A stretch of DNA of 64,000 bases from a bacterium (GCA_965218795.1 OZ244653.1:3168001-3232000), one strand, 5' to 3'. Positions 1 through 10,850 are shown, counted from the first letter of the stretch. Notes: generated by a model from the sequence alone, not told the origin. Numbers and translations: made by a program.

Positions 1-231
1 GGCCAACAGGTTATACCGGAGATCGGCGTGGTCCCGCAGGAAGCCGCAGACCTCAAGAAGCCGGCCGGGATCGATCTCAACGGTGGTTTCGTCGCGAAAG
101 TAGTCGACCGCCCGAATCGCATCACCGAACCGGCCGCGGAGCAAGTCCACCGTGGTTCGGGACAGCGCGACGGCCGGCTCTTCCGCCTCCGGGACTTCCG
201 TCTGCGATTCGGGTTCCTGGATTTCGGACAT
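1..231 (-). CDS. nuoC: NADH-quinone oxidoreductase subunit C, N-terminal part (runs off window)
   Basis: Manual translation from ATG at 231: MSEIQEPES...LRGRFGDAIRAVDYFRDETTVEIDPGRLLEVCGFLRDHADLRYNLLA; follows nuoB. Confidence 0.85.
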   Translation of the reverse strand, partial: MSEIQEPESQTEVPEAEEPAVALSRTTVDLLRGRFGDAIRAVDYFRDETTVEIDPGRLLEVCGFLRDHADLRYNLLA

Positions 232-250
232 CTTCGATCTGAAACCCCTT

Positions 251-268
251 ATGTGAAATTTATCACAA
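251..268. promoter_or_regulatory. Rex/Crp-type operator TGTGA-N6-TCACA
   Basis: ATGTGAAATTTATCACAA between nuoB and nuoC; AT-rich core resembles Rex consensus TTGTGAAnnnnTTCACAA. Confidence 0.55.
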
Positions 269-359
269 GCGTTTCGCCGGAAAGGCTCTCCGAAACGAGT
301 CTGGGCTGGACCGGGGCGACCCCGAACTCATCCCAAGCGTCGTTTCGCGGGTGTCAGGA

Positions 360-842
360 TTACGCCTTCGCTTCTTTCAGGGATTCTTTCTCGATTTTGG
401 CCTGGAGCTTCAAAATGGAATCGATGAGGGTTTCCGGTCTCGGAGGGCAGCCCGGCACATAGACATCCACCGGGATGATCTGATCCACTCCCTGCACGAG
501 CGCATAGTTGTTGAACACGCCCCCCGTCGACGCGCAGGCGCCCATGGAGATGACCCATTTCGGCTCAGGCATCTGCTCATACAGCCGCTTGACCACCGGC
601 GCCATCTTCTTTGAGACCCGGCCCGCCACGATCATCACGTCCGCCTGCCGCGGGGACCCGCGGAAGACCTCCGCGCCAAACCGGGAAAGGTCGAATCGAG
701 AGGCGGAGGTGGCCATCATTTCGATGGCGCAACAGGCTAGACCGAACAACGCAGGCCACAGGGAGTTCTTCCGGGCCCAGTTCACCAGATCATCCAACCG
801 GGCCAGGACGACATTGTCTTTAAGATGTTCTTCCAGTCCCAT
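360..842 (-). CDS. nuoB: NADH-quinone oxidoreductase subunit B
   Basis: [25 protein letters not shown] and VPGCPPRPE motifs. Confidence 0.97.
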   Translation of the reverse strand: MGLEEHLKDNVVLARLDDLVNWARKNSLWPALFGLACCAIEMMATSASRFDLSRFGAEVFRGSPRQADVMIVAGRVSKKMAPVVKRLYEQMPEPKWVISMGACASTGGVFNNYALVQGVDQIIPVDVYVPGCPPRPETLIDSILKLQAKIEKESLKEAKA

Positions 843-846
843 CAGG

Positions 847-1203
847 CTATTTCCAATTGAGTGCGCCCCTGCGCCAGACGTACACCAACCCCATCGCGAG
901 GATACCGATAAACACGGCCATCTCCACGAACCCGAACACCTTCAGGTCGCGGAAAACCACCGCCCAAGGGTACATGAACACGGCTTCGATGTCGAACAGG
1001 ATGAAGAGCACGGCAATGATGTAGAACTTGACGGAGAAACGGATGCGAGCGTTCCCAATCGCTTCCATTCCGCATTCGTAGGGGCTGTCTTTGACGGCTG
1101 TGCGGCGCCTCCGTCCAATCAGGGCGGAGATGAGAATAGTCGTTGCGGCGAAACCCACGACGACGACGAGCATAACGAAGATCGGGAAATAATCCGATAG
1201 CAT
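847..1203 (-). CDS. nuoA: NADH-quinone oxidoreductase subunit A
   Basis: PYECG and [15 protein letters not shown] motifs, 3 TM helices. Confidence 0.97.
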   Translation of the reverse strand: MLSDYFPIFVMLVVVVGFAATTILISALIGRRRRTAVKDSPYECGMEAIGNARIRFSVKFYIIAVLFILFDIEAVFMYPWAVVFRDLKVFGFVEMAVFIGILAMGLVYVWRRGALNWK

Positions 1204-1547
1204 GTCCTATTCCCGGCGGGGCTGAACGGATTCCGCCCGCCTGTGTCCACACCCTATCCGCGCCCCTTCCGCCTGTCAAGAGACCTTCCCTGCGTCCCAC
1301 TCCTTGGAACCGTGACAGGTCAAAATAATTTCTGATCGACGGAGTCGGCACGCTCCCCACACCGGCCGCGCTGTCCAAGACCATGGCACGGGACCCATTC
1401 TTTATTTTTTACTATTTTAGTGATGAGTCTGGATATTTCCAGTTCTACTTGGGCGAGGGGATGAGTTTGCGTTATCATGGAACCCATGACCGAAGTTCCC
1501 GCCCTCGAATTTCATTGCCCGGACCGGAGCATCGTTGAGAAATCGAC

Positions 1548-3209
1548 ATGCTGATTGACGACCTCAAAGCCATCCAGGAACTCCACGGCTACCTTCCGGA
1601 AAAAGAGCTCCGGGAACTTTCCGCGAAGAGCCGCACGCCGCTTTATGATATTCAAGGCGTTGCCTCCTTCTACCCCCATTTCCACTTGGGGCCCCCGCCT
1701 CCCGTGCGGGTGGAAGTGTGCGCGGATTTGGCCTGCCACCTGTGCGGGGCCGGCGCGCTCAAGGATCGGATTCAGGGCGATATTCCGGCCGTGGATCGGG
1801 ACAAAGTGCGCGTGAACACGGTCTCCTGTATCGGACGATGCGACCGGCCATGCGCGATATCCGTGAATGATCGCATTTACGAGAATATCCAGTCTCAAGA
1901 GGTCATGGCGCTCGTCCGCTCCGCTCTGGAAGGTGAAGACCTGACCGGAAAACCGCCGGAGATGACTCCTGGTCCCTGGAAGCTGGACCCCTACCGGAAC
2001 GGGGATAGGTATCAGGCGCTTCGCAAACTTCTCGCGGACCAGCCGCGGGAAGAAACCATTCAGGGGGTCGAAGCCGTCATCGAAAAGCTCAAGCTCGCCG
2101 GTCTCCGCGGGATGGGCGGCGCCGGCTTCCCCGCTGGACTGAAATGGGAGATCGTCCGCAAAGCCGAAGGCTCGCCCAAATACGTGGTCTGCAACGCGGA
2201 TGAGAGCGAGCCCGGAACCTTCAAAGACCGGGTCATCCTGGAATCGCTCCCCCACCTGCTCGTGGAGGGGATGATCATGGCGGGCCTGACAATAGAATCC
2301 GAAGAGGGGATTATTTATCTGCGTCATGAATACAACCACGTTCTTCCGGCCCTGGAGCGGGAGTTGAACGAGGCGCGGGAGGCGGGCCTTCTCGGCGCGG
2401 ATATCCTGGGGACAGGGCACACGTTTGATATCACCACCTTCATCAGCCCGGGCGGCTACATCTGCGGCGAGGAAACGGCCCTGCTCGAGGCCCTGGAGGG
2501 AAAACGGGCCGAGCCCCGGAACAAGCCCCCTTACCCCGGGAACGTGGGTTTGTGGGGGAAGCCGACCCTCATCAACAACGTCGAGACCTTCGCCCATGCG
2601 CCGGCCATCTACCTGAACGGGGCTGAATGGTTTATTGAACAAGGCGAAGGGGAGGCCGCCGGCCTGAAGTTCTTCGCTCTGTCCGGAGACGTAAACCGTC
2701 CCGGCGTCTATGAAGTTCCGATGGGCATCTCCGCAAGCAGACTGATCGAGCAATACGGCGGCGGTGTCTCGGAGGGCCGGGAACTCAAGGCGATCATGCC
2801 GGGTGGAACCTCCTCGGGCTTCCTTCCGGCTTCCATGGCCGACATTGCGCTGAACTTCAAACCCCTGGAACAGGTCGGATCCATGCTTGGATCCGGGGCC
2901 GTGGTTGCCATCGCCGAGGGCCGCGACATGCTGGACCTGGCCTTCAACGCCATGCGGTTTTTCCGAAACGAATCCTGCGGGAAATGCGTTCCCTGCCGGA
3001 CGGGAACCGAGAAGATCGTCGACATCCTCCAGGGCGCGCTGACCGGGAAAGGGCGTGAGGAGACCAGAGTCTTGATCGAGGAGCTGTCGGCCGCCATGCT
3101 GGAAACGTCCATCTGTGGTCTGGGGCAGGCCGCTCCGAACCCCATCCTGTCCGTCATCCGCCATTTTCCGGAGGAAGTCCTGGCCCGGATTGAGGGTCAG
3201 GCCTCATAG
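1548..3209 (+). CDS. NAD-dependent formate dehydrogenase flavoprotein subunit (fused NuoE-like [2Fe-2S] and NuoF-like domains)
   Basis: CADLAC...CIGRC; GLRGMGGAGFPAG, CNADESEPGTFKDR, YICGEETAL, ESCGKCVPCR. Confidence 0.9.
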   Translation: MLIDDLKAIQELHGYLPEKELRELSAKSRTPLYDIQGVASFYPHFHLGPPPPVRVEVCADLACHLCGAGALKDRIQGDIPAVDRDKVRVNTVSCIGRCDRPCAISVNDRIYENIQSQEVMALVRSALEGEDLTGKPPEMTPGPWKLDPYRNGDRYQALRKLLADQPREETIQGVEAVIEKLKLAGLRGMGGAGFPAGLKWEIVRKAEGSPKYVVCNADESEPGTFKDRVILESLPHLLVEGMIMAGLTIESEEGIIYLRHEYNHVLPALERELNEAREAGLLGADILGTGHTFDITTFISPGGYICGEETALLEALEGKRAEPRNKPPYPGNVGLWGKPTLINNVETFAHAPAIYLNGAEWFIEQGEGEAAGLKFFALSGDVNRPGVYEVPMGISASRLIEQYGGGVSEGRELKAIMPGGTSSGFLPASMADIALNFKPLEQVGSMLGSGAVVAIAEGRDMLDLAFNAMRFFRNESCGKCVPCRTGTEKIVDILQGALTGKGREETRVLIEELSAAMLETSICGLGQAAPNPILSVIRHFPEEVLARIEGQAS

Positions 3210-3339
3210 ACGCGGGAGAATTCCGGACGCAAAGAATCGGGGGAGGACGAGTTGTGAATCGGGCCCGCAACAGACTGCCGCTGGACCCGACGGGTCCCCG
3301 GCTTCCGAACGGATCCTCAGAGGAAGGAAAAATCCAACA

Positions 3340-6078
3340 ATGGCCATTGCAGAAGCCATTCAGACCATCACCGTAACAATTGACGGCGAGGAGGTATCCG
3401 TTCCCGAGGGGACGACCCTCTATGACGCCGCCCTTTCCATCGGCGCCGAAATCCCCACACTGTGCCATGAAACCAAGCTGAACCCTGTGGGGGTCTGTCG
3501 GGTCTGCGTCGTCGAGGTGGAAGGAGGCCGCGTCCTTGCGCCTTCATGTTGCAGGACGGTCGAGGAAGGCATGGTCGTCAAGACGGCCTCCGAGCGGGTC
3601 AAGAATTCGCAGAAGATGCTCGTCGAGCTTCTGATGGCGGATCATCCGGCTCCCTGCGAAAGGCACCGGAAAACGGGCGACTGCGAGCTGGAGGTTCTGG
3701 CCGATCGGCTGGGCCTGACGGATTCCAGATTCGCGCCCCGTGCTCACGAAAACGGCCGTGATACCTCCTCCAAAGTCATCGACGTCGACCACGACGCCTG
3801 CATCCTTTGCGATCGGTGCATCCGGGCCTGCACGGACCTTCAGTCCAACGACGTTATCGGCCGGACGGGCAAGGGCTTTCCGGCGAAGATCAGCTTCGAC
3901 TTCGATCTGCCGATGGGCGGATCGACCTGCGTTTCCTGCGGGGAATGCGTGGCCGCCTGTCCCACCGGCGCACTGACCGAGAAGCCGTTGGTCGCCGAGC
4001 GCAGGGAAACCGCAAATCAGGTGGGCTCCGTCTGCCCCTACTGCGGGGTCGGATGCTCCATTACTTACCACGTGGAGGACAACCACATCGTCGGCGTCAC
4101 GGGCAGGGAAAGTCCGGTGAACCACGGGCGCCTCTGCGTGAAGGGCCGCTACGGATACGACTACGCCCACCACAAGGACCGGCTAACGGTCCCCCTGATA
4201 CGCAAGGACGGCGCGCCCAAGTCCCCCGAATCCCTCGACCACCCCATGGACGCCTTCCGCGAAGCCACCTGGGAGGAAGCCATGGATCGGGCGGCCTCCA
4301 GCTTCCTGCGAACCAAGCGGGCACACGGCTCTGACGCGCTGGCGGGTTTCGGTTCCGCCAAGTGCTCGAACGAGGACAACTACCTCTTTCAGAAACTGAT
4401 TCGCGCGGTCTTCGGGACCAACAACGTCGACCACTGCACACGGCTCTGCCATGCCTCTTCCGTGGTCGCACTGATGGAGCAGATCGGCAGTGGCGCCGTG
4501 TCCAACGTGTTCGCCGACGTGGGCCTGGCCGACGTGGCGCTGGTGGCCGGCTCCAATGCCGAGTCCAACCATCCAGTGGCGGCGACCTTCATGAAGGAAG
4601 CGCAAGAGTCCGGGATGAAGCTGATCGTGGCCGACCCGCGCAAGGTTTCCCTCGCGCGGCGCGCCGACTACTATGTCGGCTTCCGGCCGGGGACGGACGT
4701 CGCATTCTTCAACGGCATGCTGCACGTCATCTTCCGGGACGGGCTGGAAAACAAGAAGTTCATTGCAATGCGGACAGAGGGTTTCGAGGCTCTCCGCCGG
4801 CTGGTCGCCGATTATCCGCCCGGTCGCGTGGAGAAGATCACAGGCGTCAAGGCCGAGCTCATCGAAGAAGTCGCCCGGGTGTACGCCACGGCGGAGCGGG
4901 CCATCACCTTCTGGGGCATGGGGATCAGCCAGCATACCACCGGGACGGACAACACACGCTGCCTCGTCGATCTGGCCCTGGTGACCGGCCACATCGGCCG
5001 CCCCGGAACGGGCCTGCACCCGCTGCGCGGGCAGAACAACGTTCAGGGCGCTTCGGACGTGGGTCTCATTCCCACAGTCTACACGGACTATCAGTCGGTG
5101 AAAGATCCGCAGGTCAAGGAAAAGTTCGAGAAGGCTTGGGGCGCCTCCCTGAGCGACAAGCCGGGGCTGACGGTCGTCGAAATCATGCATCAGGTCCTCG
5201 ACGGCAACATCAAGGCCATGTACATCATGGGCGAGAACCCCCTCCTCTCCGACCCCAACACCAATAAGGTCAAAAAGGCGCTCGCCGCGATGGAGTTCCT
5301 GGTCGTCCAGGATATCTTCCTGACCCAGACCGCACGGTACGCGGACGTCGTCCTTCCAGCCACCGCATTTCCGGAAAAGACCGGGACATATACCAACACG
5401 GACCGCCGCGTCCAGGTCGGAGAGAAGGCGCTCGTTCCGCCCGGACAGGCCCGCACGGACTGGGAGGTGGTCGCGGACATGGCGCGCCGGATGGATTACC
5501 CCATGAAATACGATTCGGTCGAAGAGATATTCGAGGAAGTCCGCGCCGTCACGCCCAGCATGGCGGGCCTGACGTACGATCGGCTCCGGGAGACCGGGGG
5601 CATCAACTGGCCCGCGCCCGATGAGGACCATCCGGGGACAAACGTCCTCTTCGAGGAAGAGTTTCCCAACGGCAAGGGAAAGCTGGTCGCTTGCGAATGG
5701 AAACCGGCCTTCGAGGTCGAAGACGATGAGTATCCGCTCATCCTCAACACCGGACGCATGCTCGAGCACTGGCACACGGGCGTCATGACCCGCCGGTCCA
5801 AGGCCCTGCACGGCATCCAGCCCGAAGCTCTGGTGGAGATGCACCCGGACGACCTGGAGGAACTGGGAGTGAAGAGCGGGGATTTCGTCCGGGTGAGCTC
5901 CCGGCGCGGTGAGATCCGCCTGAAGGCAATCGGGACGGACTACACGCCGAGAGGCAGCGTGTTCATCCCCTTCCATTTCGAAGAGGCGGCGGCCAACCTC
6001 CTGACCATCGACGCTCTCGATCCGTACGGAAAGATCCCCGAGTTCAAGTACTGCGCCGTCAAGGTCGAACCGGCGTAG
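3340..6078 (+). CDS. fdhA: Formate dehydrogenase alpha subunit (Mo/W-bisPGD, Cys-type)
   Basis: N-terminal FeS motifs, CPYCGVGC, HCTRLCHASS active site, PLRGQNNVQG, C-terminal KIPEFK; start at ATG 3340 after an AGGA-rich RBS. Confidence 0.93.
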   Translation: MAIAEAIQTITVTIDGEEVSVPEGTTLYDAALSIGAEIPTLCHETKLNPVGVCRVCVVEVEGGRVLAPSCCRTVEEGMVVKTASERVKNSQKMLVELLMADHPAPCERHRKTGDCELEVLADRLGLTDSRFAPRAHENGRDTSSKVIDVDHDACILCDRCIRACTDLQSNDVIGRTGKGFPAKISFDFDLPMGGSTCVSCGECVAACPTGALTEKPLVAERRETANQVGSVCPYCGVGCSITYHVEDNHIVGVTGRESPVNHGRLCVKGRYGYDYAHHKDRLTVPLIRKDGAPKSPESLDHPMDAFREATWEEAMDRAASSFLRTKRAHGSDALAGFGSAKCSNEDNYLFQKLIRAVFGTNNVDHCTRLCHASSVVALMEQIGSGAVSNVFADVGLADVALVAGSNAESNHPVAATFMKEAQESGMKLIVADPRKVSLARRADYYVGFRPGTDVAFFNGMLHVIFRDGLENKKFIAMRTEGFEALRRLVADYPPGRVEKITGVKAELIEEVARVYATAERAITFWGMGISQHTTGTDNTRCLVDLALVTGHIGRPGTGLHPLRGQNNVQGASDVGLIPTVYTDYQSVKDPQVKEKFEKAWGASLSDKPGLTVVEIMHQVLDGNIKAMYIMGENPLLSDPNTNKVKKALAAMEFLVVQDIFLTQTARYADVVLPATAFPEKTGTYTNTDRRVQVGEKALVPPGQARTDWEVVADMARRMDYPMKYDSVEEIFEEVRAVTPSMAGLTYDRLRETGGINWPAPDEDHPGTNVLFEEEFPNGKGKLVACEWKPAFEVEDDEYPLILNTGRMLEHWHTGVMTRRSKALHGIQPEALVEMHPDDLEELGVKSGDFVRVSSRRGEIRLKAIGTDYTPRGSVFIPFHFEEAAANLLTIDALDPYGKIPEFKYCAVKVEPA

Positions 6079-6265
6079 GGGCTTTCGGTTTCGCCCTCAA
6101 AGACCCGGGCATGCCACCAGAAAAACCGGTTGCTGAATCATTCGCGCGGATGGAATCTCACGTCCATTCCGCGGGTCTTCACTGCGCCGTCCGATCCAGA
6201 GGCGGGATGAAACACATCGGGTCTTCCGGGCGCCGCTCGCGCACCGCTGCCGAAAATGATGGAGG

Positions 6266-6853
6266 TTGAATTTCACCGTGGCCTGGGTGTTCCCCCCCGA
6301 AGAGCTTCAGCGGCTCATCCACCCCCGGAGGTTTCGGTGGAGCCCGCCGTACAAGACACTACGGCGCATCGGCCTGAGGAAGGGCATGGACGTCGTGGAC
6401 GTGGGATGCGGGCCCGGCTTCTGGACGCTGCCGGCCGCGAAGATCGCCGGGCCGTCATCGCAGGTGTTCGCGTCCGATATCTCACCCAAGATGCTGGCGG
6501 CGGCCAGGCAGCGGGCGGCCGGGGCCGGACACTTCAACATCCGGTTCAAGCGGTCTCGAGTCTACGGGGTTCCCTTCGAATCGGGCTGCGCCGACTTCTG
6601 CATGATGCACTACGTCCTCCATGAAGTGGATGACCCGGCCCGGCTCATAACCGAAGGGGCGAGGGTGCTGCGGCCGGGTGGGTTGCTCTCGGCGTACGAG
6701 TGGGCCAAAGTCGAGAGCGATGCGGGCCCGCCTTATTCCGACCGAATCCCGGATTCGAGGATGATGAAGCTGTTCCGTTCGGCCGGACTCAGGCCGAAGG
6801 ATTTCTGGATGCCCGATCCCCTCAACTATATTCTGGTCGGCGAAAGGGTGTGA
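6266..6853 (+). CDS. Class I SAM-dependent methyltransferase
   Basis: VVDVGCGPG motif I, DISPKML, VLHEVDD..E.ARVLRPGG. Confidence 0.85.
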   Translation: MNFTVAWVFPPEELQRLIHPRRFRWSPPYKTLRRIGLRKGMDVVDVGCGPGFWTLPAAKIAGPSSQVFASDISPKMLAAARQRAAGAGHFNIRFKRSRVYGVPFESGCADFCMMHYVLHEVDDPARLITEGARVLRPGGLLSAYEWAKVESDAGPPYSDRIPDSRMMKLFRSAGLRPKDFWMPDPLNYILVGERV

Positions 6854-7019
6854 CGATGGATAAGGGAAGCGGAAGGCGTCCGGTCGTCCCCTCAGACTCC
6901 CCCCGAAAACTTTTATTTCGCGATGACGAGCAAAGCACGCCATCGCAGCAACTTCGGGCGTGCCGTCGGGGTTTCCTGCGCCATCCCGCTTTTCTGAGAC
7001 AACGATTCAAACCCTGCAA

Positions 7020-7092
7020 AAAGGAAAGGGAAGACAGCACATGCTGTCTTCCCTTTCCTTTGAGGGCTGGATGAGCGACGGGGCTCATCCAG
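7020..7092. terminator. Perfect 20-bp inverted repeat plus second hairpin between convergent genes
   Basis: AAAGGAAAGGGAAGACAGCA-CA-TGCTGTCTTCCCTTTCCTTT, then CTGGATGAGC-N6-GCTCATCCAG. Confidence 0.7.
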
Positions 7093-7185
7093 GCCGATAA
7101 ATCGGCGAGAACGAATCGAGACGCCGGCAGGGAGAAGAACGTCGTCCCGATCCGAACGATTCGCCGGCACCGTTTTTCAGGCCGC

Positions 7186-7626
7186 TTATTCGACGGCTAC
7201 GGCGATCTTTTTGGCCACCGCCTTGGGGGTCTTGGGCAGCCTGATGGTGAGGACACCGTTCCTGTTCTTGGCGTTCACCCTGTCCACCTCGATGGAATTC
7301 GGCAGCGTAAAAGACCGCTGGAACTTTCCGAAGCTCCGCTCGACGCGGTGGTAGCTTCCTTCTTGGACCTCATGCGCGCGCTTGCGCTCGCCGGAGAGGG
7401 TGAGGACGTTGTCCTTCACTTCCACGGCGATGTCCTTCTCGTCGATCCCGGGCAGCTCGGCCTCGATGACGATTTCCGTCTCATTGTCATAGACGTCGAC
7501 GGTTGGGGAAAATCCGGCGCAGAGACCGTCATCGATTCGCCTGAGGAACCGGTCGCCGAAGAGGCGGTCCATCGATCTCTGCATATCGGTCAACTCTCTG
7601 AAAGGATCCCATTTCACCAATGCCAT
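7186..7626 (-). CDS. Small heat shock protein, Hsp20/alpha-crystallin family
   Basis: WDPFREL, AELPG, ERSFGKFQRSFTLP, NGVLTIRLPK. Confidence 0.96.
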   Translation of the reverse strand: MALVKWDPFRELTDMQRSMDRLFGDRFLRRIDDGLCAGFSPTVDVYDNETEIVIEAELPGIDEKDIAVEVKDNVLTLSGERKRAHEVQEGSYHRVERSFGKFQRSFTLPNSIEVDRVNAKNRNGVLTIRLPKTPKAVAKKIAVAVE

Positions 7627-7694
7627 TGTTCTTCCTCCTTCTCATTTGCAAAGCCCATGAATTGGGTTGCTTATTGTGTCTGGCTTCGATTTGG

Positions 7695-7724
7695 AATATA
7701 ATATCTTAGTCTATAAGTGTCAAG
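7695..7724 (-). promoter_or_regulatory. sigma70-like promoter of hsp20 overlapped by a HAIR-like inverted repeat
   Basis: Minus strand TTGACA-N17-TATATT; CTTAGTC-TATAAG-TGTCAAG loosely resembles the HspR operator. Confidence 0.5.
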
Positions 7725-8251
7725 TTATTTTATGAATTTCTTTTATATAACTGATTTTTCGTGCTGTTATTTGAAAATCGGCGTCCTTCGGGGATTGAAA
7801 TTCAGTCCGCAGGATCAGTTTTCTCCACATCTGAATATCGCCCGTCCCGTCAAAATCACTGTCGAAATGACCAGCGCCTGCACAATCATGCCATCTTGCA
7901 GAACGCCAGCCAACCCGGTCCGTGGAGCGCGCGAGCTCTTTCCGTGCCCTGAAGGACTTCATCCGGCGCAGAATGGTTCGTTCCTTGAGCGGCTTGGCTT
8001 CTTTACCGGGCTTTGCCTGGCATTGAAGGGATCAGGATATCCGGATGGAGTCGCCATGCTGTCAAAATGGACATCCGGTGTACCGGAAAAAACGTCTCCA
8101 ACCCCCCTTCCGCCCCTTCAGTGATCAAAGAATTCAGGGCGTTCCCCTTTTCTAGGGACGGGTTTATGATCCAGAATGATCTGAGCGGCGCATGTCGCCG
8201 AATCAAACCCAAGGCGGGAACGAACCCGATGATGCAGACGAGAAGCAGCCC

Positions 8252-9493
8252 ATGGACGAAAAACTCAAATCATTCCTGAAGCGATTGGAACGGGCCGACC
8301 TCCGCCGCTCCATCCTGCCCTTCGAAGGTCCTACCGGGCCAACCGGCCGACTGGACGGGCGGGAGTATATCGTCCTCTGCGGAAACGACTACCTGGGACT
8401 CGCGGGCGACCCCCGCTTGGCCGAGGCCGCCCACAACGCGATCGCCCGCGAAGGTTTCGGTACGGGCGCCGCTCGCCTGGTATCGGGCTCCCGCACGGCC
8501 CATCACGAGTTGGAAGAGGCCCTGGCGCGCTTCAAGCGCGCCGAGGCATGCCTGTTGTTCAATTCCGGTTACACGGCAAACGTCGGGGTCGTTCCAGCGC
8601 TCACCGGGCCCGGAGGCGTGATCTACAGCGATGCCCTCAATCACGCCTCCATCATCGACGGCGCCAGATTGAGCCGGGCCGGCGTCCGGGTGATCCGTCA
8701 CAACGACCCCGGTCATCTCGAGGAGCTGCTCTCCGGACCGGACGGCGCGTCTCCGGATGCGGATGGCGAAAGACCGGTCCGCCGGTTGATCGTCACGGAG
8801 GGGGTCTTCAGCATGGAGGGGGACCTCGCCCCGCTCGACCGCGTCGTCCCCCTGGCGCGTCGCCACGGAGCGGCCGTCATGGTCGACGACGCGCACGGGA
8901 CCGGCGTGCTGGGTGAAGGCGGCCGGGGAACGGCCAGCCGACTCGGCGTGGATTCATTGATCGACATCCAGATGGGAACCCTCGGCAAGGCCTTCGGCGC
9001 CTTCGGGGCCTATGTGTGCGGGTCCCGCGCACTGATCGATTACCTGATCAACACCTGCCGGTCGTTCATCTATTCGACCAGCCTGCCCGCGTCCGTGGCC
9101 GCGGGGGCGAGGGAAGGTCTGCGGATCGTCGAGAGCGAGCCCGACCGGATCGAGCGCCTCCACCGGAACATCGACCTCTTCCGGGAAGGGCTCCGAGCCC
9201 TCGGCTACGCCGTGCGGCCGAACCCCACCCCCATCATTCCGGTCGTTGTGGGCGACGTCCGCAAGGCCCTGGCGCTGGCCGAAGGCCTGCTTGAGCGGGG
9301 GGTGTTCGCCCGCGCCATCCGCCCGCCCACGGTCCCCCAGGGAACCGCCCGCGTCCGCGTAACGGTCTCCTCCGCCCACCAAACCAGTCATTTGGAACGG
9401 GCCCTGGACGCCTTCGAGCAGGCCGGGCGGACCCTCGGCCTGTTGGCCTCGCCGGTCTCCTCAGCCGCTCCGTCCGGTCAGCAGGATGGCTGA
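8252..9493 (+). CDS. bioF: 8-amino-7-oxononanoate synthase
   Basis: NDYLGL, SDALNHASIIDG, VDDAHG, GTLGKAFG, AIRPPTVP. Confidence 0.95.
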   Translation: MDEKLKSFLKRLERADLRRSILPFEGPTGPTGRLDGREYIVLCGNDYLGLAGDPRLAEAAHNAIAREGFGTGAARLVSGSRTAHHELEEALARFKRAEACLLFNSGYTANVGVVPALTGPGGVIYSDALNHASIIDGARLSRAGVRVIRHNDPGHLEELLSGPDGASPDADGERPVRRLIVTEGVFSMEGDLAPLDRVVPLARRHGAAVMVDDAHGTGVLGEGGRGTASRLGVDSLIDIQMGTLGKAFGAFGAYVCGSRALIDYLINTCRSFIYSTSLPASVAAGAREGLRIVESEPDRIERLHRNIDLFREGLRALGYAVRPNPTPIIPVVVGDVRKALALAEGLLERGVFARAIRPPTVPQGTARVRVTVSSAHQTSHLERALDAFEQAGRTLGLLASPVSSAAPSGQQDG

Positions 9494-10850
9494 CTCCGAA
9501 ATCTCCTATCGCCGGACCGATCTCCGGCATCTGTGGCACCCGTTCACCCAGATGCGGGAGTGGGAGCGCGAGGACTTTCCCGTCATCGTCCGCGGCGAAG
9601 GGATTGAGCTGATCGACGAAGCGGGCAGGCGCTACATCGACGGGGTTTCCTCCCTCTGGTGCAACGTCCACGGCCACGGCCACCCGAAGATCCTCGATGC
9701 CATCCGACGCCAGGCCGCGGAACTCGATCACTCCACCCTTCTGGGGCTCGCCCATCCGCCCGCCATTCGCCTCGCCGAAATGCTCGTAAACCTCGCGCCG
9801 GACGGATTGACGCGGGTCTTCTACTCGGACAGCGGCGCCACGGCCGTGGAGGTCGCCCTGAAGATCGCCTTCCAGTACCAGTCCCAACGGACGCCGACCC
9901 GACCCGAAAAGAAAAAGTTCATCGCCCTGAAAGAGGCCTATCACGGCGATACCATCGGAGCGGTGAGCGTGGGCGGCATCGACCTTTTCCACGAGATCTA
10001 CCGGCCCCTGCTTTTTGAGACCATCCAGGTGGACTCGCCAAACGCCTACCGCCGGCCGGCGGACGTGGATCGCAAGGAGTGGGAAGAGGGCTGCATCCTG
10101 GCAATGGAGGAGACCGTCCGCCGACACGCCGACGAGACCTCGGCCTTTATCATCGAGCCGATGATTCAAGGCGCGGGCGGGATGATCACCGCGCCCAAAG
10201 GCTACCTGCGGCGGGTCCGCCGGGTCTGCGACGAGTGCGACGTCCTGCTCATCGCCGATGAGGTCGCGACGGGGTTCGGCCGAACGGGGAAGATGTGGGC
10301 CTGCGATCACGAGGGCGTCACGCCGGACCTCATGGCCGTCGCCAAAGGGATCACCGGAGGCGTCCTTCCCCTCGCCGCCACGCTTGCCAAAGAAGAGATC
10401 TACGACGCCTTCCTGGGCGATTACGCCTCGATGCGGACCTTCTTTCACGGCCACACGTATACGGGCAACCCCATAGCCTGCGCCGCCGCCATCGCCAACC
10501 TGGAAATCTTCGAGGAGGAGAAAACCCTCGAGAAGCTGCCGGGGAAAATCGACCTGCTTGCCGAAGAGCTCGACCGGATGCGGTCACATCCGCACGTGGG
10601 CGATGTCCGGCAGTACGGCCTCATGGCCGGGATCGAGCTGGTCGCCGACAAGGAGTCGAAGGAGCCACACCCATTTGAGCAGCGCATCGGACACAAGGTG
10701 ACGCTGGAGGCGAGGGAGCGCGGTCTCATCCTCCGCCCGCTCGGAAACGTCGTCGTCCTCATGCCGCCTCTCTCCACTCCGGATGAGGCGGTGAGAGAGA
10801 TTGTCCGAATGACATTTGAAAGTATCGAGGCCGCGATCGGGGAATCGTAA
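9486..10850 (+). CDS. bioA: Adenosylmethionine-8-amino-7-oxononanoate aminotransferase
   Basis: LWHPFTQM, SSLWCNVHGH, DEVATGFGRTG, HGHTYTGNP. Confidence 0.96.
   Translation: MADSEISYRRTDLRHLWHPFTQMREWEREDFPVIVRGEGIELIDEAGRRYIDGVSSLWCNVHGHGHPKILDAIRRQAAELDHSTLLGLAHPPAIRLAEMLVNLAPDGLTRVFYSDSGATAVEVALKIAFQYQSQRTPTRPEKKKFIALKEAYHGDTIGAVSVGGIDLFHEIYRPLLFETIQVDSPNAYRRPADVDRKEWEEGCILAMEETVRRHADETSAFIIEPMIQGAGGMITAPKGYLRRVRRVCDECDVLLIADEVATGFGRTGKMWACDHEGVTPDLMAVAKGITGGVLPLAATLAKEEIYDAFLGDYASMRTFFHGHTYTGNPIACAAAIANLEIFEEEKTLEKLPGKIDLLAEELDRMRSHPHVGDVRQYGLMAGIELVADKESKEPHPFEQRIGHKVTLEARERGLILRPLGNVVVLMPPLSTPDEAVREIVRMTFESIEAAIGES

Noticed and set aside
4430-4470. Selenocysteine in formate dehydrogenase
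   Set aside because: The active-site codon is TGC (RLCH), with no in-frame TGA.
1512-5976. Long antisense ORFs (also 13824-15248, 40258-41529, 56165-58435)
   Set aside because: Shadow frames of well-supported genes in GC-rich DNA, with no family motifs.
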